Shown piece after piece: positions 28,648 through 35,419 of a stretch of DNA of 35,419 nucleotides (positions are counted from its first letter, which is position 1; every line of letters begins with the position of its first letter). Source of the stretch: a virus; the UHGV virus genome UHGV-0163616; one strand, 5' to 3'. The notes below the pieces were generated by a model. It was given only the letters and a program-made list of their open reading frames with translations. It was not told the origin of the DNA and made no database searches. A program made the position numbers and the translations under genes.

Positions 28648-28754
28648 ACCAAAGAGTAGTTGGCTTTGGGGTGACGTGAAGTGCAGCTGCACGACGGCAA
28701 CCGGAAGATAAGCACCCGGCGCGTCACCGCCAAAGTCAATCATCGGAGGTCAAC

Positions 28755-29027
28755 ATGACAGTAGTCATTACATATCTGGCTGACGATAACGCCAGAAATC
28801 GCCGCAGAGCACGCAGACAGGCTCAACGTGAGCAGGCAATGCAAGAACAGCGACTGGCGCGAAAAATTGCGCTAAAGCTCTCTGGTTGCGTCAGAGCAGA
28901 CAAAGCAGCTTCACTCGGAAGCCTTCGCTGCAAGAAGGTAGATGAATGCAGTGGAAGTATTTGCCTGCCAAACGTAGCTCTTTACGCGGCAGGCTACCGG
29001 AAATCAAAACAACTGACAGCGAGGTGA
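28755..29027 (+). CDS. N: N-type transcription antiterminator (P22 gp24-like) with arginine-rich motif
   Basis: 90 aa; ARM NARNRRRARRQAQREQ; C-terminus PNVALYAAGYRKSKQLTAR resembles the P22 gene 24 C-terminus; GGAGG Shine-Dalgarno; downstream of nutL. Confidence 0.8.
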   Translation: MTVVITYLADDNARNRRRARRQAQREQAMQEQRLARKIALKLSGCVRADKAASLGSLRCKKVDECSGSICLPNVALYAAGYRKSKQLTAR

Positions 29028-29048
29028 CGATCCCCCGCCGTCGAGGAA

Positions 29049-29588
29049 CTAAATTAGCTCATCAGCTTTACCAGCAAAGCGCATATAACACTCATGGAAC
29101 CAGACGTCAGGTATAACAAATTTCTCTTTACCTGACGCGCTGTAAGTCACACCTGAGCGATGGAGAAGACCTTTTCTCATAAGAGATAAAGCGACCGGAT
29201 CGCCGTGCTTAAGTACGATTTTGTTATTTGCCATAACAGCAAATGCTAAAACCTCTTTTTCCTGAATACTCAGAGAATTGAACAGGCGCTCAGTCTCCAC
29301 AATTACTTTAGCCTCATCTCTCTTACTGAGATATTTTTTATATCTGTCTGAAGATGCCAGAAATATAAACTCCATCACCCTGTTCAGAACATAACTGATA
29401 CACAAAAGCATTGCGTAATACATCCAGTGATCTGGAAGTATTTCGGGGTTCCTTATATCTACCCACTCTTTAATTGATGCTGGGGTGATTATTATCAAGG
29501 CAATTAAAATAATAAGCATATGAATTAACTGTTGTAGCGTAAGACCACGCAGGAAGAAACGTAATAGTTCCTGCCACCAGTTACTCAT
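29049..29588 (-). CDS. Membrane-anchored protein, candidate superinfection-exclusion/abortive-infection protein (SieB-like by size, topology and position)
   Basis: 179 aa; two N-terminal hydrophobic helices then a soluble domain; convergent with N, so expressible in the lysogen independently of PL; AT-rich. Family assignment not verified. Confidence 0.55.
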   Translation of the reverse strand: MSNWWQELLRFFLRGLTLQQLIHMLIILIALIIITPASIKEWVDIRNPEILPDHWMYYAMLLCISYVLNRVMEFIFLASSDRYKKYLSKRDEAKVIVETERLFNSLSIQEKEVLAFAVMANNKIVLKHGDPVALSLMRKGLLHRSGVTYSASGKEKFVIPDVWFHECYMRFAGKADELI

Positions 29589-29794
29589 CGGTGAATCTCC
29601 ATCATTCTCTCTGTAGGGGTGAATAGAGTTTATCCGATTTCTCGCTGTAGGGGTACACGAGAACCACCGAGCCTGATGTGGTTAAAAGACAGGCACAATC
29701 TTTACTACCGCAAGCCACGCAGTGAAATGGGGGTGACTTGTGTTGGTCGCCAGAAAATGAAATTAGGCAGCAAACCACTTATTTGAGGTGATAT

Positions 29795-30058
29795 ATGGAC
29801 AAGAAAATTAAATCATTGAAGCCAGGAATTGTTATCAGAGACATAAGTGGTGATTACGATACAGAGACATATGATATTTTATATGTGCATGCAGATGGAA
29901 AATGTCAGTATTCGAACGACATTTTTAATAATAAAGGTGGTGCCGAAATTGCTGCCACCACAGTTAATAAAGAGTTAGTAGCTAACGAGTCGTGGGATTA
30001 TTTTATGCCATCATCCACTTCTATGAACTGGAAAGTGGTTTTGTACATTCCATCATAA
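29795..30058 (+). CDS. Hypothetical protein (AT-rich accessory ORF in PL operon)
   Basis: 87 aa ORF, roughly 33-35 percent GC by eye; no recognised motif. Confidence 0.5.
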   Translation: MDKKIKSLKPGIVIRDISGDYDTETYDILYVHADGKCQYSNDIFNNKGGAEIAATTVNKELVANESWDYFMPSSTSMNWKVVLYIPS

Positions 30059-30148
30059 TTGTAGCTGCCGTTCAAAAATGAAAGTAAATCTAACATCACA
30101 GGCCGCATACTCGGCCTTTATTTTTGGCATAAATACACAGAGGCTAAC

Positions 30149-30445
30149 ATGGAATTTAAAGGTACTGAAGGTAAGTGGGAAATAATGATGGATGGCGATG
30201 AGATTAAAATCATCCAGGCAGACTCACTTGAAAATGGCGCAGGCTGGCGTTCGTATATTGCAATCTGTGAGGAAGTTCAATGCATTGAAGATGCCAATCT
30301 AATAGCGGCAGCGCCTGACCTTCTCGAAGCACTTCAGTTATTACTTAAGCAAACCAAAAATAGAACAACGACAACATATCCAGAATGGTATGGAACTGTT
30401 AATAAAGGTATCGCAGCAATCAGAAAAGCTCTTGGGGATAAGTAA
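30149..30445 (+). CDS. Hypothetical protein (first of a translationally coupled pair)
   Basis: 98 aa; stop overlaps next start (TAATG). Confidence 0.5.
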   Translation: MEFKGTEGKWEIMMDGDEIKIIQADSLENGAGWRSYIAICEEVQCIEDANLIAAAPDLLEALQLLLKQTKNRTTTTYPEWYGTVNKGIAAIRKALGDK

Positions 30446-30633
30446 TGAAAGTAAAAATAACTGCTTCTAATACCAGTTTTGTTAGTGTTGGTGATATTAC
30501 AGAAATAATAACAAACCATGATGGAACACAAGTTATGTGGTCTGCTTTCTGTAAAAGATATGAGCGAGTTAGTTGGTGTAAAAACGTATGGGGCGTCGAA
30601 TACGAAGAATTACCTGAAATGCATGACGAATAA
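30445..30633 (+). CDS. Hypothetical protein (second of coupled pair)
   Basis: 62 aa; followed by two hairpins, the second an intrinsic terminator. Confidence 0.45.
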   Translation: MKVKITASNTSFVSVGDITEIITNHDGTQVMWSAFCKRYERVSWCKNVWGVEYEELPEMHDE

Positions 30634-30728
30634 GCACTGTGTATTCATTCCAACGAGTGAATACACGGAGCAATGTCGCTCGTAACTAAACAGGAGCCGA
30701 CTTGTTCTGATTATTGGAAATCTTCTTT

Positions 30729-30756
30729 GCCCTCCAATGTGAGGGCAATTTTTTAT
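30729..30756 (+). terminator. Intrinsic terminator (GCCCUC-CAAUGU-GAGGGC then AAUUUUUUAU)
   Basis: Perfect 6-bp GC stem plus U-tract on plus strand; preceded by a 9-bp-stem hairpin at 30639-30666. Confidence 0.6.
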
Positions 30757-30774
30757 CTATGAGGATATGAACAG

Positions 30775-31143
30775 ATGTCAAACATCAAAAAATACATCAT
30801 TGATTACGACTGGAAAGCATCAATAGAAATTGAAATCGACCATGACGTAATGACAGAGGAAAAACTTCACCAGATTAATAATTTCTGGTCAGACTCTGAA
30901 TACAGACTCAAAAAACACGGCTCTGTATTAAATGCTGTATTAATCATGCTAGCGCAACATGCTCTGCTTATAGCAATTTCAAGCGACTTAAATGCATATG
31001 GTGTTGTGTGTGAGTTCGACTGGAATGATGGAAATGGTCAGGAAGGATGGCCTCCAATGGATGGTAGCGAAGGAATAAGAATTACCGATATCGACACATC
31101 TGGAATATTTGATTCAGATGATATGACTATCAAAGCCGCCTGA
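30775..31143 (+). CDS. Hypothetical protein
   Basis: 122 aa acidic ORF; AT-rich. Confidence 0.55.
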   Translation: MSNIKKYIIDYDWKASIEIEIDHDVMTEEKLHQINNFWSDSEYRLKKHGSVLNAVLIMLAQHALLIAISSDLNAYGVVCEFDWNDGNGQEGWPPMDGSEGIRITDIDTSGIFDSDDMTIKAA

Positions 31144-31218
31144 GCGCGGCTTTACCGCATACCAATAACGCTTCACTCGAGGCGTTTTCGTTATGCAATC
31201 AAACAGAAGGAGCATCCT

Positions 31219-31389
31219 ATGCAACAGTTCGCTATTGCAGGGGCGGCATCGGTTCGCCCTTTCAACCCGATTTTATCGGTACAGCATTCAAGAAAAAACA
31301 TTCTAACCGGAGCAGACTTTAAACAACCAAGAATGAAAAGTTTGCTCGAAAAGCTTTGGGATATTTTGAAACAACAAGGCCGCCCATGA
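31219..31389 (+). CDS. cIII: CIII-like protein (candidate FtsH inhibitor)
   Basis: 56 aa ORF not in the ORF track; N-terminus MQQFAIAG and C-terminus LWDILKQQGRP align with lambda CIII (MQYAIAG...LIDILNQPGVP); GGAG Shine-Dalgarno upstream. Confidence 0.5.
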   Translation: MQQFAIAGAASVRPFNPILSVQHSRKNILTGADFKQPRMKSLLEKLWDILKQQGRP

Positions 31390-31470
31390 GTTTTACAGAT
31401 AACTGGTCAGACGAAGAATTCATTCGTCAGATGAACAAAATGCTCAATCAGCACAAAGAACAGGAGAAAG

Positions 31471-31782
31471 ATGATGATTCTGACTCTGAATGATAAGCGT
31501 GAAATATCGCAAATCATCGCAAGTTTTACTGATGAAGATTACGAACGAATCAACAGTGAAGTTGATCGCCTCTGCAAACGCTGCGACCCAATAAGCGAAA
31601 TGCTTCGCTCATATAAGCCAGATGAACACACTAAGGACGCTATCGACTGGCTGGAAGATGATGACTGTGACTATCAGGAAAAAGCCGCTGAATGGTTCTG
31701 GGATGCAATAACCGAAAGAGTTAAGGCTGAATATGCCTTCGCAATATTCAAACGCAGACACATTTATGGAGAAGCAGCATGA
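31471..31782 (+). CDS. Hypothetical protein upstream of recT
   Basis: 103 aa; stop overlaps recT start (ATGA). Confidence 0.55.
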   Translation: MMILTLNDKREISQIIASFTDEDYERINSEVDRLCKRCDPISEMLRSYKPDEHTKDAIDWLEDDDCDYQEKAAEWFWDAITERVKAEYAFAIFKRRHIYGEAA

Positions 31783-32681
31783 GCAATATCGTTGAATTCG
31801 TTAAACAGCAGGAGCAGTTATTCTGCGGAGCATTGACTGAACAGACGGTGACATGGGCTAAGGAAAGCCAGTTTGCAATTCAGTATTTCCAGAAAAATGA
31901 TTACCTGGCTAAAACGGCACTGGCAAATCCAACCAGCGCACAGAACGCCATCATCAATGTTGCGGCGATCGGCATCACCTTAAACCCGGCCAGCAAACTT
32001 GCTTATCTAGTTCCGCGCGACGGCATGGTTTGCCTTGATATCAGCTATATGGGATTACTTCACCTTGCACAGTCGACAGGATCAATTAAGTGGGGGCAAT
32101 GTAAACTGGTGTACTCAAACGACACCTATGAATCAAACGGCCTTGATTCAGCGCCAACCCACAAATACAACGCATTTGGTGAGCGAGGCTCTATTGTTGG
32201 TGGTTATTGCACGGTTAAAACAGCAGATGGTGACTACCTGACTGAAGAAATGAGTCTGGCAGAAATTAAAGCTGTGGAAGCAACGAGCAAGGCAAAGAAT
32301 GGACCGTGGAAGACATTCTGGGAAGAGATGGCGCGTAAAACAATAGTTAAACGCGCCAGCAAATACTGGCCTAAAGCCCAGCGACTGGATAATGCCATTC
32401 ACCTGCTTAACGAAGATGAAGGTATGCATCAGGAACCAGTTATGCCGCACAAATCAGAGGAAGATATCCGCGAAGATGAACGGAAACGCCAGCAGGAAAT
32501 AATGGAAAAAGCACAACTTCTTTGTGATGAAATGGCTCAGGCAGAAAACATGGATGATTTGAAACGATATTTTGCAGAAGCATATCGCCTGACATCTGGA
32601 ATGAAATTGCAGCAGAACGTACAAGCCATTTACATAGAATGCAAAGCGAAACTGGAGGTTGCCAGTGAGCAAACTATATGA
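31779..32681 (+). CDS. recT: RecT-family single-strand annealing protein
   Basis: 300 aa; GPWKTFWEEMARKTIVKRASKYWP matches the RecT signature GPW.T.WEEMAKKTAIRR..KYLP of Rac RecT. Confidence 0.85.
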   Translation: MSNIVEFVKQQEQLFCGALTEQTVTWAKESQFAIQYFQKNDYLAKTALANPTSAQNAIINVAAIGITLNPASKLAYLVPRDGMVCLDISYMGLLHLAQSTGSIKWGQCKLVYSNDTYESNGLDSAPTHKYNAFGERGSIVGGYCTVKTADGDYLTEEMSLAEIKAVEATSKAKNGPWKTFWEEMARKTIVKRASKYWPKAQRLDNAIHLLNEDEGMHQEPVMPHKSEEDIREDERKRQQEIMEKAQLLCDEMAQAENMDDLKRYFAEAYRLTSGMKLQQNVQAIYIECKAKLEVASEQTI

Positions 32682-33147
32682 AATAGCCAATGAATACGCA
32701 AAATTGATGGATTCAGATTTAGAACCAGAGATGATTGCTGACACAATAGAAGGCATGGAAGGAGAATTTACCGATAAAATAGAGCAACTTCTCGCCATTA
32801 TTAAAAATGAATCTGGTTATGCTGAACGCCTCAAGGACGAGGCAAAGTCACTGAATGAACGAGCAGCAGTAATTCAAAATAAGATTGATAGCATTATGGC
32901 ATATATAGCCTCATCGCTTGAAATGGTTGGCAAGAAAAAGATTAGAGCAGGTATTCACCAGGTAACAATCCGCAAACCGTCAGAAACTGTAGAAATCATC
33001 GACTCAAGCGCCCTTCCTCCTGAATACGTTGAGTTTGAAACGACAATTAAAGCCGACAAGTTGGCAATCAAGCACCAACTAAAAGCAGGATTAAATATCC
33101 CCGGTGCTCAACTCAAAGTTGGGAAACCTTCACTTCTTATCAAATAA
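32665..33147 (+). CDS. Sipho_Gp157-like protein
   Basis: About 160 aa helical N-terminus; commonly found next to RecT/Erf in phages; GTG start at 32665 with GGAGG 6 nt upstream (ORF-track start is a TTG at 32659). Confidence 0.55.
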   Translation: MSKLYEIANEYAKLMDSDLEPEMIADTIEGMEGEFTDKIEQLLAIIKNESGYAERLKDEAKSLNERAAVIQNKIDSIMAYIASSLEMVGKKKIRAGIHQVTIRKPSETVEIIDSSALPPEYVEFETTIKADKLAIKHQLKAGLNIPGAQLKVGKPSLLIK

Positions 33148-33158
33148 CGGTATCGCCT

Positions 33159-33473
33159 ATGAAAAAGACTCCATGGGAGAAATGGGAAGTCGATTTCTTG
33201 CGCGAAGTAGCGGCGACAATGCCAGTTGAAGTTATCGCTGAAAAACTGGAAAGGACTGAAAAAGCAGTTATGGCGAAAGCAACAAGGATTGGCGCTGACA
33301 TTGTTAGCCGACTTCGTGGAAGACGCTGGACAAGAGCCGAAGTATCACTTTTCGGTAAGTTCTCCGCAGAAGAAATAGCAATTGCAACCTGCCGCTCAAT
33401 TTATTCAGTAAGAGCTATGCGATACAAGCTAAAAAAACTCGATGAAGAAAGAGCAGGCATACGAATAAATTAA
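33159..33473 (+). CDS. Hypothetical protein with internal two-fold repeat, possible DNA-binding
   Basis: 104 aa; two similar W..EV..L.......A.E.I segments; basic. Confidence 0.5.
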   Translation: MKKTPWEKWEVDFLREVAATMPVEVIAEKLERTEKAVMAKATRIGADIVSRLRGRRWTRAEVSLFGKFSAEEIAIATCRSIYSVRAMRYKLKKLDEERAGIRIN

Positions 33474-33653
33474 CAAAGAGGAATTTACCATGAGAGGACT
33501 TGCATACAATCCCGGCATTCTTCCGGCAGAAATGATTATTCGCCAACGCGTAAAACCAATGCCATCGAGAGAGGAATTGCTTAAAAGAAATAGTTTCGGT
33601 TCTGTTAATGACAACAGATATCTGAATGCGATGTGGCGCAAAGGAGGCAACCA

Positions 33654-34283
33654 GTGAGCGAAATTAACTATCAGGCACTGCGTGATGTGGCAGAGAAAGC
33701 AACGTGGGGAGACTGGGACTCATATAAACCACACCGTGGCGCACGAGGTTATGAGGTCCGACTAAGTAGTCAGGCCATTGCGCAACACGTTCTGAAAAAC
33801 AACGCTGAATTTATTGCTGCCTTTAATCCAAAGATTGCTTTGGCACTACTGGATGAACGGGAAAGGAACCAGCAATACATCAAATCCCGCGACCAGGAGA
33901 ACGAGGAAATTGCGCTAACGGTAGGGAAGCTGCGTGTTGAGCTGGAAGCAGCAGAGAATCGCAACGCAAAATTACAAAGCGAGAATGCATACATCCGCAA
34001 CCGGTACAAAGAACTGGACCTATTAATCGGGAAAAACATTCTGGTCATGCAAGCTGCCATTATCGAATGGCAATCGACTGGCGACGCTAAAAGCGGACTG
34101 GCATGGATTTATAACACACTGTTTGGCCCTGGCGAATTACCGGACGAATCTGAGAAAGATGCTCAGGCCTACTTTAATCGCAAATATGCACCGATTGACG
34201 AAAAGCTTATGGCGCTTCACAAGTGGTTTTGGGAACAAAGTGAAGCCGAGCGCGCCGCTGGCATTCGCATCAAAGGAGAGTGA
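33654..34283 (+). CDS. Ead/Ea22-like protein
   Basis: GTG start at 33654 with AGGAGG 5 nt upstream giving [21 protein letters not shown]..., the N-terminus typical of Ead/Ea22-like prophage proteins; coiled-coil middle. Confidence 0.65.
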   Translation: MSEINYQALRDVAEKATWGDWDSYKPHRGARGYEVRLSSQAIAQHVLKNNAEFIAAFNPKIALALLDERERNQQYIKSRDQENEEIALTVGKLRVELEAAENRNAKLQSENAYIRNRYKELDLLIGKNILVMQAAIIEWQSTGDAKSGLAWIYNTLFGPGELPDESEKDAQAYFNRKYAPIDEKLMALHKWFWEQSEAERAAGIRIKGE

Positions 34284-34284
34284 G

Positions 34285-34476
34285 ATGAATGGACAAATAT
34301 CAATTGTTCGACCGGGAGCATGTGACGATTGCGAGATACGAATGATTATTCGTCTGGCGAGGGGGAAAACAATAACTGCTCTCATTACTCCAGAAAATCT
34401 CGCATTAGCATTAACAGGAAAGTCAGACCTGCCAGTAGAGCTAAAGCTGCGAAATGTTGAGATTAAGGTGAAATAG
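34285..34476 (+). CDS. Small hypothetical protein
   Basis: 63 aa from ATG 34285 preceded by AAGGAGAG; tightly packed between flanking genes. Confidence 0.5.
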   Translation: MNGQISIVRPGACDDCEIRMIIRLARGKTITALITPENLALALTGKSDLPVELKLRNVEIKVK

Positions 34477-34478
34477 CT

Positions 34479-35093
34479 ATGACCACTATTACCAAAGAAC
34501 GTATCGAATTATTCATTAAAAATCCGCTTGAAAACGGGCTTACTCGTGGCGAACAAATGGAACTGGCACGAATTGCACTGGCATCACTGGAACGCGAACA
34601 GATTCGCCACGAGCATGCCAAATGGTCTGACTCCACATTTGGCTGCGTTGGCCCCATTGGTCCACTGAAACACCTCTCAAAAGAGGCACTGGAAGCCGCA
34701 GCCGAACCAGACGATCTTAGCGAGTGGGCTGATATGCAGTTTCTGTTGTGGGATTCACAGCGCCGTGCTGGCATCAGCGATGCTGAAATTACCGCTGCTA
34801 TGGAAGATAAATTGAAGATCAACATGGAGCGCCAGTGGCCTGAGCCAAAAGATGGTGAGCCTCGCTTGCACATTAAAGAACCCGGCAACTCTCCGGTAAT
34901 TCCGGATGGTTGGATAAGCTGTAGTGAGCGAATGCCAAGCGAAGAAGATGTTTTGGTTTATTGCTCAGACACAAAAGAGCAGATGGTAGGGTTTCACAAA
35001 GGTAAAGGGTTATTTCAATTCTTTTACATGAATGGTGTTGAGGGGGTATGTGAGCCGTCACACTGGATGACGCTACCAGAGCCTCCACTTTGA
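34479..35093 (+). CDS. Hypothetical protein, DUF550/DUF551-like (common prophage early-left gene)
   Basis: 204 aa; N-terminal helical domain and C-terminal Cys/Trp-containing domain seen in enterobacterial prophage proteins; assignment from memory. Confidence 0.5.
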   Translation: MTTITKERIELFIKNPLENGLTRGEQMELARIALASLEREQIRHEHAKWSDSTFGCVGPIGPLKHLSKEALEAAAEPDDLSEWADMQFLLWDSQRRAGISDAEITAAMEDKLKINMERQWPEPKDGEPRLHIKEPGNSPVIPDGWISCSERMPSEEDVLVYCSDTKEQMVGFHKGKGLFQFFYMNGVEGVCEPSHWMTLPEPPL

Positions 35094-35189
35094 AAGCGAA
35101 GCTTATACATATCTTTTACATCAGCAATCTATTGTTAATCTCCAATCAATGTTACGTTGTCATCTCACTCATGCTTTGGAGGTAGTGAT

Positions 35190-35369
35190 ATGTCTTGTCC
35201 AAAATGCGGTTCTGGAAATATTGCAAAAGAAAAAACAATGCGTGGATGGTCTGATGATTATGTGTGCTGCGATTGCGGATACAACGACTCTAAAGACGCA
35301 TTTGGAGAGCGTGGTAAAAACGAGTTTGTCAAAATTAATAAAGAACGCGAAGGCAACGAAAAAAGCTAA
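35190..35369 (+). CDS. Small zinc-ribbon protein
   Basis: 59 aa from ATG 35190 (MSCPKCGSG...CCDCGY) with two CxxC pairs; GGAGG 7 nt upstream. Confidence 0.5.
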   Translation: MSCPKCGSGNIAKEKTMRGWSDDYVCCDCGYNDSKDAFGERGKNEFVKINKEREGNEKS

Positions 35370-35419
35370 TTTATTTATTCATATATGAAAACAATGTAAC
35401 CAATATTCGAATTGAAGAA

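Noticed and set aside
1-35419. CRISPR arrays, tRNA/rRNA genes, integrase or att sites, IS elements
   Set aside because: No regularly spaced direct repeats with unique spacers, no tRNA-like cloverleaf candidates and no recombinase or transposase ORFs were seen by eye; the integration module is evidently outside the window.

Overview
The window is a nearly complete, mosaic lambdoid prophage of an enterobacterial (E. coli/Shigella/Salmonella-type) host; integrase, excisionase and att sites lie outside it. All identifications rest on reading the ORF translations and the DNA by eye against remembered phage proteins, with no database search run. Three modules are joined: (1) 750-16527, minus strand, a P22/Sf6-like podovirus morphogenesis block (small and large terminase, portal, scaffold, coat, gp4, gp10, tail needle, gp14, ejection proteins gp7/gp20/gp16, tailspike); (2) 18407-23284, minus strand, late regulation, lysis and nin genes that match lambda almost residue for residue (Q, PR', S, R, Rz/Rz1, ninB/E/F/G/H/I), plus a P22-type replication pair (initiator with internal iteron origin, DnaB-like helicase); (3) 26597-29027, an immunity region (cII, cro, OR, cI, OL/PL, nutL, N) followed by a plus-strand early-left arm with a CIII-like ORF, RecT and Ead/Ea22-like genes. 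The most interesting accessory cargo sits at module borders: an AT-rich tailspike plus a hexapeptide-repeat acetyltransferase at the left end (candidate surface-polysaccharide modification); a small 4-TM protein translationally coupled to cI in the position lambda uses for rexAB; a convergent SieB-like membrane protein just past N; and an AT-rich cluster of small unknown ORFs in the PL operon. These are candidate lysogenic-conversion or phage-exclusion functions, but none is demonstrated here.
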